DNA of 64,000 nucleotides from a virus, in the IMG/VR virus record IMGVR_UViG_3300044568_004476, positions 7,424 to 71,423 of that record; one strand, 5' to 3'. Below, piece after piece: positions 26,477 to 35,891 of this stretch. The notes under the pieces are model-generated. The model saw only the letters and a list, made by a program, of their open reading frames with translations, was not told the origin of the DNA and did no database searches. Each line of letters opens with the position of its first letter. Positions within the stretch are counted from its first letter, which is position 1. The position numbers were made by a program, and so were the translations under genes.

Positions 26477-27883
26477 ATGTGCGGAATACTATTAACAACT
26501 AGAGCGGATAAACATCCAGAAATTTTAAATACGATAAAACACAGAGGGATAGAAAGATCCGTAGAGGAACTTGATAAGGTTACCTTATGTCATCATAGAT
26601 TACCAATTCAGACCTCCGATGGAGATGAATGGAATCAGCCAAGAGAAGTTTCTCCTGGTGTGTATTTGATGTTCAATGGAGAAATATTTAATTATAATAG
26701 AACCCTGTTCTCCTCTGATATTGAATACCTATGCAGCTTATTCAGTGGGTATAAAGGTGGTAATTTAGAATTCTTTGCTGCAACATATTCCCCCCATATA
26801 CAAACCTGGGATGGATTTTGGGCAGTTGTAATATACGACTCAAATAAAGGAAGTGTGATAGCATTCACAGATCCTCTAGGAAAAAAATGCCTTTATAAAA
26901 ACGACCTGGGAGAGATTTGTTCGGAGATTAAGGGTCTTACCACAGTACTGGATGAGTTAGACGAAACCTATATAAGTGCTGTTAGAAAATGGGGTTATAA
27001 TAGGGACAACAGAACACCGATTAAATCGATTAAAAGAATCCTTCCTAACACCTTTTATTTTTATAATATAGCATCACCCCTATTTGAACAAACGTATGGC
27101 CCTTACTATAGAACTTGGGAATCCCCGATATCCGAACTAGAAGGTGCGGATTACGAAACCCATATGAGTTGGCTATGGGATAAGATGTTCGAGAGCGTAA
27201 GAAATAGACTTGTTTCAAAGAACTACCCAATATCGCTTTTGGTATCAGGAGGTCTTGATTCTTCAATTATAGCAGGAGTATTAAAAGAAATGAATGCCAA
27301 GGTTACTTGGTTCACTATAGAGAATGGTGAAACCCCTTTTGTAAACGATTTAAGCGCCCATTTAAGCACTCCTGTCAATTTTCTAGACTATAGTATGGAT
27401 TCAAGTAAGAACGCTCTTATATACACGCTATGGAATGAAACGCCGGTAGATTTAGGCTCAGTGATCCCGCAGTATCATTTATTCGAGGCAGTTAAGAAAG
27501 AATCTGGTTATAGGATAGTTTTAAGTGGCGACGGATCTGATGAGCTATTTGGAGGGTATTCAAGAATACATGAATATGACTCACAGCAGTCTGATGTATT
27601 TGAAGAACTCCCTTATTATCACTTACCCCGATTGGATAAGATGTCAATGGCACACACTTTGGAATTAAGAAGCCCATTCCTAAATCTAGATATAGTTAGA
27701 TTCGCCTTACACCTACCCATCGAATGGAGAACTGACAAAAAGATACTAAAGGACACGTTTGGTCCTATGATTCCTGATTCTATCGTAAACAGAAAAAAAG
27801 AAGCTTTAAAGAATCCTGAAATTAAGGAGGATAAGCTTAAATATAGACAAAAAGCGGTGGATCTTTTCTTGGATGAAATATAA
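26477..27883 (+). CDS. asnB: Asparagine synthetase B-like glutamine amidotransferase
   Basis: MCGI (Ntn Cys), HRG, HHRL, FNGEIFN, SGGLDSS PP-loop, SGDGSDELFGGY, LELRSPFL; start at ATG 26477. Confidence 0.9.
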   Translation: MCGILLTTRADKHPEILNTIKHRGIERSVEELDKVTLCHHRLPIQTSDGDEWNQPREVSPGVYLMFNGEIFNYNRTLFSSDIEYLCSLFSGYKGGNLEFFAATYSPHIQTWDGFWAVVIYDSNKGSVIAFTDPLGKKCLYKNDLGEICSEIKGLTTVLDELDETYISAVRKWGYNRDNRTPIKSIKRILPNTFYFYNIASPLFEQTYGPYYRTWESPISELEGADYETHMSWLWDKMFESVRNRLVSKNYPISLLVSGGLDSSIIAGVLKEMNAKVTWFTIENGETPFVNDLSAHLSTPVNFLDYSMDSSKNALIYTLWNETPVDLGSVIPQYHLFEAVKKESGYRIVLSGDGSDELFGGYSRIHEYDSQQSDVFEELPYYHLPRLDKMSMAHTLELRSPFLNLDIVRFALHLPIEWRTDKKILKDTFGPMIPDSIVNRKKEALKNPEIKEDKLKYRQKAVDLFLDEI

Positions 27884-27941
27884 GTTACTTCTTAGATTAA
27901 TAATTCTTCTGTGGATATATAGTTAAAATAAAAGAACACAG

Positions 27942-28601
27942 ATGTATAGGATTATTAAAGATTTTGATTCATTTTCTGGCGAGGAAACAAACGAAGCATT
28001 CCAGTTTAGCGATCTAGGTGGATTTTTTAATGGCTTACTTGGATTTGCTGGTGAGGGTCTCAGAAAAACTATAAAACAAAAGGTTGCTGCTAAAATAATG
28101 GAGCAGATAGGGGTTGAAGAAAACTCTAATATGTCTGTTATCGTACAGGAAGTTATAGACCAGATTCCTATGGAAGATTACCCTAAATTATTAACAGGTG
28201 AAAAAGCTAACGTTGAGTACCTTGCACCAATGATGGCAAAAGCTTTACATGAGTTTATACAAAGAAAAGGTTTAGATACTCTAGCTACACAAATGGGTAT
28301 AAAACCTACAGGATGGCTTTACTCAACATTAAGAGAAGGTTTACAATCAGATAAAGGAAAAATGATAATAGAAAATGCACTAATAGAAGCATTCGGAGGC
28401 CCCGGAGCAAAGGGATCTGTTGGAAGAGACGCTTTAGCATCTCTAAATCCTAGCGATAAATCTCAGCTTTCTAGTATTGCAAAAAATAAGGCTTCACAAT
28501 TATATGGAAAATCTAATAGCGCATCACAATCAGGTAATAAAGGAGCAATGGATTACCTTTCAACTTTCTGGAATTCGTTATCTGGCAAAAAAGAATCTTA
28601 A
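27942..28601 (+). CDS. Hypothetical protein with IIKDFDSF..TNE leader
   Basis: ORF track; GATATATA at 27914; amphipathic LGGFFNGLLG segment. Confidence 0.7.
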   Translation: MYRIIKDFDSFSGEETNEAFQFSDLGGFFNGLLGFAGEGLRKTIKQKVAAKIMEQIGVEENSNMSVIVQEVIDQIPMEDYPKLLTGEKANVEYLAPMMAKALHEFIQRKGLDTLATQMGIKPTGWLYSTLREGLQSDKGKMIIENALIEAFGGPGAKGSVGRDALASLNPSDKSQLSSIAKNKASQLYGKSNSASQSGNKGAMDYLSTFWNSLSGKKES

Positions 28602-28621
28602 TATTAAAAAAAAATAAAACA

Positions 28622-28969
28622 ATGAATATACAAAACGTATCGCAAAGAGAAATCTTAGATTTTGAGAAATTTCTTTCAAAAGTGCACGATAACACATATA
28701 AGCCTCTTTCTGGCGAAAACCAGTCAGGTGAGATATCTTCAAAATCAGGCCAATCGGAAATAAAAAGAGAACCAGCCTACGACTATGCAGGATATGCAGA
28801 TTCTGTTTTTGGACATAAATCTAAAATTGATGCTCCTGGATATAGAATAAATACGAAAGAAGATAAAACAGGTATGGTTGATGCACCGGGTGTAGGTGGC
28901 ATTTTTAATATGGATGCCAGCGAATCATTAGATATTGATTCGAATATAAAAAGACTAAAAGATTTTTAA
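28622..28969 (+). CDS. Hypothetical protein (ILDFEKF and C-terminal IKRLKDF motifs)
   Basis: ORF track; A-rich leader before the ATG. Confidence 0.7.
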   Translation: MNIQNVSQREILDFEKFLSKVHDNTYKPLSGENQSGEISSKSGQSEIKREPAYDYAGYADSVFGHKSKIDAPGYRINTKEDKTGMVDAPGVGGIFNMDASESLDIDSNIKRLKDF

Positions 28970-28986
28970 TTAAATCTCAATATAAT

Positions 28987-29013
28987 AAAAAAGAGCCTTT
29001 TGGCTCTTTTTTT
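28987..29013. terminator. Bidirectional terminator between convergent genes
   Basis: AAAAAAGAGCC-TTTT-GGCTCTTTTTTT. Confidence 0.85.
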
Positions 29014-29019
29014 ATTGTT

Positions 29020-29748
29020 TTATATTCCTATGTGCTCTATGAATTTCTCTTTAGCAAGTTTGTATATTTCTGAGCTTTCTTCGAAGTTCTCATATATCTC
29101 TACAACATAAAATTTAGGAGAATACTTGCTATCTGTGTTGATCTCTTTTAGAATCTCGTGGTAGATGTATTCATAGTTTAATGAGAAGAACGAGTTTTTT
29201 AAATGTATCTTCTTTAGGATAGAAACCTCTTTGTTACCGTCTGGTGTTTCCATTTTAACATTCGATTTAAAGAAATAATTAAGCAGCTTATCAGTTACCA
29301 TATTTCTAATAATAACTATTCCAGAATTTACCTGCTTATCCCCATTATCAAATTTAGATTGAATTTTAAATATTTTTATTTTCGATTCTTCCTCCTTTAG
29401 AATGCCCAGACATATCTTTGAATATTCGTATAATGTCTCTAGAGAGTCTTCTATTATAAGATCTAATGTTTCAGATTGTTTTGTACCTAAGTTTTCTAGT
29501 AAGAATGAATCGACATATTCACTGTCCTCTTTTTTGAGAGATTTTTTAACCAATTCGCTTATTCCTTTATCCCTTCTGAATTCATTCAGAATTTTAACAA
29601 TCTTGGATATTTCCTTCATTATGGAGTAACAATTTTCCTTGTTTAACTCCTTACTCATTTCTTTTAAGTAATTTAATAGCACATACTCTTTGTGCTCCGG
29701 ATCTATGGGTTCTCTAAGGAACCATATAGGACTTATGCTTTTTGACAT
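29020..29748 (-). CDS. Hypothetical protein
   Basis: 242-aa ORF filling the gap; AATATATA box on the - strand at 29778-29785; begins WFLREPIDPEHKEYVLLNYL. Confidence 0.75.
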   Translation of the reverse strand: MSKSISPIWFLREPIDPEHKEYVLLNYLKEMSKELNKENCYSIMKEISKIVKILNEFRRDKGISELVKKSLKKEDSEYVDSFLLENLGTKQSETLDLIIEDSLETLYEYSKICLGILKEEESKIKIFKIQSKFDNGDKQVNSGIVIIRNMVTDKLLNYFFKSNVKMETPDGNKEVSILKKIHLKNSFFSLNYEYIYHEILKEINTDSKYSPKFYVVEIYENFEESSEIYKLAKEKFIEHIGI

Positions 29749-29836
29749 ACCCTTATTATTTAGTTAATACACTTAATTATATATTCCAGTTATTAAAAAT
29801 AGCAAATCGGATATATAGAAGAAAAATTTAATAAAA

Positions 29837-30277
29837 GTGGGAAGAATTTACGACTATTCTGCATTTAGCTCTTCTAAGAAGGGTGGTTCTAGAGGTGATT
29901 ACTCATTCGGAATGGAACTAAAATATATTGAGATTGATCTTTTTAACAGACCGGAAGAATATAGCGAAATTAATGATTCTAAAGCTTTTATTGAGTATAG
30001 TATCGACCTAATAATTAAAAAAGCAGGCATTGACGATTTTATATTTAATATTGATCTGATAGAACTCGAGTTTAGCGTGGATGATTATCCAAACGAGCCT
30101 AAACAATTTGATATAGATTTAATCCCAGGTAAAACTATAGACTATAGCCAACTTAATGTCGAAAAGCTTGCTAGTTTAATACCAACTTATCCAAATAATT
30201 TATTAATTGATATGAATAAGTCAACAGATCCAAAGAATTTTAAAATCACGGTTTCTTTTGGAAACGATAATGTATAA
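29837..30277 (+). CDS. Hypothetical protein (IYDYSAF leader)
   Basis: GTG start after GATATATA at 29810. Confidence 0.65.
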   Translation: MGRIYDYSAFSSSKKGGSRGDYSFGMELKYIEIDLFNRPEEYSEINDSKAFIEYSIDLIIKKAGIDDFIFNIDLIELEFSVDDYPNEPKQFDIDLIPGKTIDYSQLNVEKLASLIPTYPNNLLIDMNKSTDPKNFKITVSFGNDNV

Positions 30278-30281
30278 TAAT

Positions 30282-31199
30282 ATGATATTAGGATTCAACG
30301 ATTTCCAGAAAAATAAAATTAACGAAGGGCAGTCTTATCAGATCCCAGGAATTAAAGATTCATGGGATGGTAGTTACATCATATCCCCCGTTGATCTAAC
30401 TATAGGGGAAAAAGATGCACCTTCAGATAAGGTGGTAATTCCTAAAAAAAATGAGACATCTATAGCTATATGTTACATAGATTCTGATGGAAATCAATCC
30501 GAACATGTTTGGATACCTAATGATGCGATATCATTTAAAAAAGACAAAGAAGGTTGCATAACAGAATTGGATATTAATCCGGATAAAAAATGGATATCCA
30601 AAGAGGGCAACAGAGCAAGAATAGATGACTTTATTGAAGAATTTGCAAACCATTTAGAATATTCAAAAACAACAGGACAAGATAGGTTAAAACAAAATGC
30701 ACAAGACGATGTAGAATTGCTTATGGATCTGATAGGTATACCTGGTTCCATAGAATCCTTCGAATCCTGCGGCGATTATCTTTGGGATGCTAAATTAGAT
30801 AACGGTATGCTTATTGAGATATCAAAGAGAGGCAAAGATGATCTTTTATCTAAATTTAAGATATATCTAAATTCTAGCGATCATCACCCTTGTGTTTATA
30901 TAAACAATGATACTTTAAATAAGAAAACATCATTTAAGATTCCCAATATGGAGGTAATTACCGTCCCTAAAGGTTTTAGTGATATTAAAAATCCAGATCC
31001 TTATATTAAATACCTAACTAAAAGATCGATGAATATACAGGATAACTCTGACGAGGAGTCATTGCTTAATCACTATAAAAAATCTGTAGATCTAGGATCA
31101 CAAGACAGAGAAATGATAAATAATATTTCTCACCTACTTTCAGAATTCATGGACAAAAGGAAGGTAGAAGAAATTTCTTCAAAACTACCACAAGAATAA
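30282..31199 (+). CDS. Hypothetical protein (MILGFNDF...INEG leader)
   Basis: Start reassigned to ATG 30282, just after the upstream stop. Confidence 0.7.
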   Translation: MILGFNDFQKNKINEGQSYQIPGIKDSWDGSYIISPVDLTIGEKDAPSDKVVIPKKNETSIAICYIDSDGNQSEHVWIPNDAISFKKDKEGCITELDINPDKKWISKEGNRARIDDFIEEFANHLEYSKTTGQDRLKQNAQDDVELLMDLIGIPGSIESFESCGDYLWDAKLDNGMLIEISKRGKDDLLSKFKIYLNSSDHHPCVYINNDTLNKKTSFKIPNMEVITVPKGFSDIKNPDPYIKYLTKRSMNIQDNSDEESLLNHYKKSVDLGSQDREMINNISHLLSEFMDKRKVEEISSKLPQE

Positions 31200-31210
31200 A
31201 TTTTAAAGTC

Positions 31211-31239
31211 GAAACAAAGACCCATCTAATTTCTACAAT
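31211..31239 (+). promoter_or_regulatory. GAAAC-N18-TACAAT promoter-like motif
   Basis: GAAAC 31211-31215, TACAAT 31234-31239, 5 nt before ATG 31245. Confidence 0.6.
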
Positions 31240-31244
31240 TAGAT

Positions 31245-31514
31245 ATGGAGATAAATGAGGATTTTGTTTTACCTTACGGAGAAAGGCTTACTTTAAGTAA
31301 GAGCTCCGGATATTCCGTAGTGGAGTATTCTAGACATCTAGATAAGGATCTAGATAATATAATAGAGGTCTGGAAATATGATAAAAGAAAGAGTAAAAAA
31401 GGTGAATGCTTCTGGATAACTACTGAGGATCTCTATAGCAATATAAGATCTTTAGATGATTCATATAATCAAAGAGCTCTAGAAACAATCCCTAAAAAAT
31501 CTGATAAAAAGTAA
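31245..31514 (+). CDS. Hypothetical protein
   Basis: 89-aa ORF, first gene after the promoter motif. Confidence 0.6.
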   Translation: MEINEDFVLPYGERLTLSKSSGYSVVEYSRHLDKDLDNIIEVWKYDKRKSKKGECFWITTEDLYSNIRSLDDSYNQRALETIPKKSDKK

Positions 31515-31518
31515 AGCT

Positions 31519-32187
31519 ATGAGGATATTGTCTTCATTATTTAATAAGAAGAATAAAAAAAAGAAAAAAATGGAAATAAACGAACAAACATTAAATGAGG
31601 CTCGTTCATTTTATGGTGCATTTGACTTTCAGTGGATCAAAGGTGACGACATAGGGATGGATGAAAAATACAAGAACGTCGTATTAAATGGCGATTTTTC
31701 ATTTATAGAATTTCAAAGTGGAAAAAGAATAAACTCTGAGCTTCTTGATGAGTATATTATAATGATTCCTGGCCAGCCAACAAAGGATGCACCCACTAAT
31801 CCCATTCCCATTCCCATTCAGTCTAGATCTAACGAGCCAACTACAGTTACCTCGATCATATATGACGACAACAAAATCATTCAAAATGATTCTCCGATAT
31901 ATAAGTTACTGAAGAAACAGAAAAAAAACATGGTTGATGTTTCAATTAAGATAAAATTGAATCTTCCTCCAAAGGATCTTTACACTGTTTTGTCGGGTTC
32001 TTTTGATGATGCGGAAAGAGAAATTATAGACTTTGTTTTGGATGGAGTAGACATAGAGGATATTAAAGCATCCCTTGCTGATTCAATTAAAAAGTCTTAT
32101 TACGAAAAGGTAGAAAAAGCTAAAGCGCCTTCATTAATAGGAGAAAAAAGAGCAACCACAGTAAAACAAGAAAGCGATGACGAATAA
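31519..32187 (+). CDS. Hypothetical protein
   Basis: 222-aa ORF (alternative start 31570, MEINEQ). Confidence 0.7.
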   Translation: MRILSSLFNKKNKKKKKMEINEQTLNEARSFYGAFDFQWIKGDDIGMDEKYKNVVLNGDFSFIEFQSGKRINSELLDEYIIMIPGQPTKDAPTNPIPIPIQSRSNEPTTVTSIIYDDNKIIQNDSPIYKLLKKQKKNMVDVSIKIKLNLPPKDLYTVLSGSFDDAEREIIDFVLDGVDIEDIKASLADSIKKSYYEKVEKAKAPSLIGEKRATTVKQESDDE

Positions 32188-32764
32188 TTCAGAAAAAATA
32201 CTTTCATCTACACCAGGATTTGATGTGGTAGAAAGAGATGGCAAAGTAGGTATAAGATCAACAGTAGAATCTGTTGTGATATTACCTTTTGTTACTGATG
32301 ACCAGGGATTACCATTAATGTTAGGAGTTCTTAAAGAAAGGAACCCATTTAGAGAAGGCGGATATTCAATCAGCCTAATCTCAGGCACATCAGAAGAAGA
32401 AGATCCAGACTTCCTTGAAACAGCTAAAAGGGAGCTAAAAGAAGAGTCAGGATTTGATATCGATGATAACACTAAGTGGCACTTTTTAGGCACAGTAACG
32501 GCCTCTAAAATGGTGGATGCGGAGCATCCTTGCTTTGGCGTGGATGTCACTGGAATAGAAAGGGGTACTGCTACAACAGACGGGTCCGAATCTGAGAGAT
32601 TGTCGGAGTTTATTTTTATACCTGCTAACGATGTTGTTAAAGCAAAAGATGTATTTGTCCCTGCTATATTTTTAAAACTTTTTAAGTTTGTTGTTGGTAT
32701 GGATCTTTATAACAGAGACGATTCAACTTTTGGAAAATCAAAAGGATTTAGTGTAGACATCTAA
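32177..32764 (+). CDS. Nudix hydrolase
   Basis: Nudix box SGTSEEEDPDFLETAKRELKEESGF. Confidence 0.85.
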   Translation: MTNNSEKILSSTPGFDVVERDGKVGIRSTVESVVILPFVTDDQGLPLMLGVLKERNPFREGGYSISLISGTSEEEDPDFLETAKRELKEESGFDIDDNTKWHFLGTVTASKMVDAEHPCFGVDVTGIERGTATTDGSESERLSEFIFIPANDVVKAKDVFVPAIFLKLFKFVVGMDLYNRDDSTFGKSKGFSVDI

Positions 32765-32775
32765 AGGGATTCAAA

Positions 32776-33063
32776 ATGCAAAATAGAAGAGAAAGAAGAA
32801 AACTACTTAAACAATTTGGCTTACTTAAGCCATATAAACCATTTTCTAAAGATTCGACAATGTCTAATATAGAAAACGGGAAAGAACTACATAGGCAGAA
32901 TCTTCAGGATATGAAAAATAATGAGATAGCTAACATAAAATTAAAAAACCCGGGTAGCGTTCAAAATAATGAAATATTTACCTACCGAAACGAATCTAAT
33001 GAATATGGTAGCTTTCAATCAATGCTATTAAGCAAAGATTGGGACCAAATAGAAAATAGTTAA
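32776..33063 (+). CDS. Hypothetical protein (NRRERR N-terminus)
   Basis: 95-aa ORF within the operon. Confidence 0.6.
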   Translation: MQNRRERRKLLKQFGLLKPYKPFSKDSTMSNIENGKELHRQNLQDMKNNEIANIKLKNPGSVQNNEIFTYRNESNEYGSFQSMLLSKDWDQIENS

Positions 33064-33083
33064 TAATCCCTAAAAGGACTAAT

Positions 33084-33395
33084 GTGAATTTTTATATTTC
33101 CAAGCACTCACCTAAAGAGGCAAGAAAAAGATCAAATTTTTCTTGTGATTTCTATGTTATAGACATAACCAAAATAATAAGAGATCTGGGATATGAGACC
33201 ATTAACCTGAATCCTGAATCTGAATTTATACTAAATCATTCAATTCGTAATAAAATAACTCAAGGAATATATAGTACTAAGTGTGATAGTATACTTGTTT
33301 GCTATAGAAACATGCCTCCTGACTTTAAGTCAAATTTAGAGGAGTTTCTTGAGGAATTCCCAGAAACAATAGATTATGCTATCCACAATTTGTAA
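33084..33395 (+). CDS. Hypothetical protein
   Basis: 103-aa ORF, GTG start. Confidence 0.6.
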   Translation: MNFYISKHSPKEARKRSNFSCDFYVIDITKIIRDLGYETINLNPESEFILNHSIRNKITQGIYSTKCDSILVCYRNMPPDFKSNLEEFLEEFPETIDYAIHNL

Positions 33396-33415
33396 AAAAA
33401 TGAGGATAGATAATA

Positions 33416-35284
33416 ATGAACGCATTTGAAAAGCAAAAGCTTTCCCTACTCTATGAAGCAACGCTTCAGGGTAATGCACAGAGCGTAATATCAGAAGCAA
33501 GCAACCTAGGTTCTAATAATCCATTTAAAGGTCCAACTGCAAGAAGCTTGTTTTATGAAGCTGCTAAAAGGACACCTGGAAAATATGGCCAATACCTTTT
33601 TTATTCTCTAGGAAATGGCGGAAACGATTTCATCGATTCCTATTATAGATCAGAATCTTCGGACTACAACACTAGAGTATCCTCAATACAGTCCAAAAAT
33701 CCAACAGCTGGATTTCTTGTTAGAGAAACATCAACATTCGAGGCAGTAGCTAGTACCACCGGAATACTAAGTGGTCTTCTTGGTAAGATCGAGGGATCAA
33801 TAATAGGTGGAATATCAGCTCCATATTACTGGAAGGATTTCTTGTATTGTAAACACTACGGGACTATACCTAATAACTACATGATAACCCTAAGAAGATT
33901 TCCGACTCCAGTTTTGGATAATCTTTCTGTGCCCGGAGCGAAAAATGATATTAAAAGTAGTGAATCGTATCATGCGGGCGGAGCGGGAAGACCTGTTGCT
34001 CAAGCTGTTACATGGTTTGGTGGTAATACTGGAAACGTTCTAAGTGATATTATAAAATTCACTTCAGGCATAACGTGGACCACAGCCGATCAGGGCGATA
34101 CAAAAACTCAAGAAGCTTTTTCTAAGGGATTCTTTCAAGATGGTCCAGTTAAACAGATTGGTGGGATTTTAGGAAAGCTTTCCGACTTACTTGGAAATAC
34201 CTTTGATGCGACTGCAGCTATTGCTGAGGGAGTCGTCGTTGCAACTGATAAGGATGAAACTATATCGAAGGGTATAAGAGCTAAAGGGCTAAGAGATCTT
34301 TCCAAGGAAAGAGCAGGAATAATGGGTGAATATATTTGGACGCCTGTTGATGTCGTTACTAATGGATATACCAGAGGTACGGGTCTTGGTTTTACGTGGG
34401 ACGGATTAAATCTAATATTTGAATATGAATTAAGCTCTGTTGGTGAAGTTAACAGTAAGGCTGCTTTTTTAGATTTAATGGGTAACCTTTTATCGATTGG
34501 CACAAATTACGGTAATTTTTTAACGCCAGATATAAGATACGACGGTAACTTTCCTGCCATCGGATTTCCTGGAGGTGATGAGGGGCTTCAACTATACTAT
34601 AAAGATCCTTTGGCATGGTTGCTTACATATGGCACACAAATATCTGATCTAGTCGGAAGCGGGAAAAAAAACGGGGCTTCAGAAACTATAGGTTCGGGTG
34701 GGGAAAGCGATCAGGGAAATATGGAGAAGATAAAAGAGATCATGACAAGATTAAGTAAAAATGCTGGAAATAATCTACCTGATACTATAAGAGAATTAGA
34801 GAAGGCTTTAGGGGACGATCTTTCTAGATTCTTAAAAACCTCTATGACCGGGGAATTTATAGAAAAGTACCAAGCACCAGTAAGTTTTTTAACTGGAGCA
34901 CCAATAGGTGAATGGCACGTAGTTATAGGTAATCCTTGCAACCCTATCGCAATGATTGGGAATTTACTATGTGATGATGTTAGTATTGAATTTGGTGACA
35001 CACTAGGTCCGGATGATTTTCCCACAACAATGAAAGCAACATTCTCACTTAAACACGCAAGGGACAGAGAAAGAGGCGAGATAGAAAGCATATTCAATAG
35101 AGGAGACGGAAGACTTTATCAGAGTTCGCAAAAAACATCATCTAATCTACAAAGCTTTGGAGCCTTTGGTGATGTTGAGGGAAACGTACTTAGCCAAGAC
35201 ACTCCGAATCAAGGATTATCGACTGGATTATGGAATAGTCAACTTGACACTTTACCTGACACTTTAGGCCCGGGAGGAAATTAA
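33416..35284 (+). CDS. Putative baseplate / tail-tube initiator protein
   Basis: First gene of the baseplate cluster; C-terminal IGNLLCDDVSIEFG...DDFPT..KATFSL resembles tube-initiator beta strands; mostly synteny. Confidence 0.45.
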   Translation: MNAFEKQKLSLLYEATLQGNAQSVISEASNLGSNNPFKGPTARSLFYEAAKRTPGKYGQYLFYSLGNGGNDFIDSYYRSESSDYNTRVSSIQSKNPTAGFLVRETSTFEAVASTTGILSGLLGKIEGSIIGGISAPYYWKDFLYCKHYGTIPNNYMITLRRFPTPVLDNLSVPGAKNDIKSSESYHAGGAGRPVAQAVTWFGGNTGNVLSDIIKFTSGITWTTADQGDTKTQEAFSKGFFQDGPVKQIGGILGKLSDLLGNTFDATAAIAEGVVVATDKDETISKGIRAKGLRDLSKERAGIMGEYIWTPVDVVTNGYTRGTGLGFTWDGLNLIFEYELSSVGEVNSKAAFLDLMGNLLSIGTNYGNFLTPDIRYDGNFPAIGFPGGDEGLQLYYKDPLAWLLTYGTQISDLVGSGKKNGASETIGSGGESDQGNMEKIKEIMTRLSKNAGNNLPDTIRELEKALGDDLSRFLKTSMTGEFIEKYQAPVSFLTGAPIGEWHVVIGNPCNPIAMIGNLLCDDVSIEFGDTLGPDDFPTTMKATFSLKHARDRERGEIESIFNRGDGRLYQSSQKTSSNLQSFGAFGDVEGNVLSQDTPNQGLSTGLWNSQLDTLPDTLGPGGN

Positions 35285-35294
35285 TTAATATAAA

Positions 35295-35885
35295 ATGGCA
35301 TTAATAATAGACACTATCACCCAGAATAAATCGGTATTCAATCCGCAAACTGATTTGAATGCAACGGGAACCTATGGTATATGGGATTTAACTAAAGCTT
35401 CTATAACATATAACAACTTACCAGTGTCAATAGCTTCTTTTTTTATCGTTACCGAGTACTACCAAATGAGGCCGGATTTGATAGCAGCTATTAAACTAGG
35501 CGACCCTGGTATGGTTGGTTCGTTATTAAAGTTTAATGCAATAGGTAATCCCTTTGCTTTAAAGGAAGGTATGGCTTTAGCAATCCCGGATTCCGATACA
35601 GTAAGTGAAACCTTTAGAGTTAAGAAAATGCAGAATCAGGAGGTTAATTCTAATACAAACACAAATCCGAATAACGTGTTTAAGAAAAACCAAGAGCAGA
35701 AAAAATTCAAAGTAAGTGACGGTAGGAAGAAATTTTTACAGGATAAAATAAAGAATAAGCCAGAGCTTAATATTCCGCCTAATGTATTACAGCCAGGGGA
35801 AAAGACAATAATAAAGAAAGATGGATTCTTTGTATTCGCTCCTGATGCAGGCGGGGGAGGATTTAACACACCACAGACAAACTAA
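35295..35885 (+). CDS. Baseplate wedge protein, gp53/LysM-like
   Basis: YQMRPDLIA...G.......LLKFNAIGNPF.LKEG..LAIP pattern. Confidence 0.7.
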   Translation: MALIIDTITQNKSVFNPQTDLNATGTYGIWDLTKASITYNNLPVSIASFFIVTEYYQMRPDLIAAIKLGDPGMVGSLLKFNAIGNPFALKEGMALAIPDSDTVSETFRVKKMQNQEVNSNTNTNPNNVFKKNQEQKKFKVSDGRKKFLQDKIKNKPELNIPPNVLQPGEKTIIKKDGFFVFAPDAGGGGFNTPQTN

Positions 35886-35891
35886 GAATAA

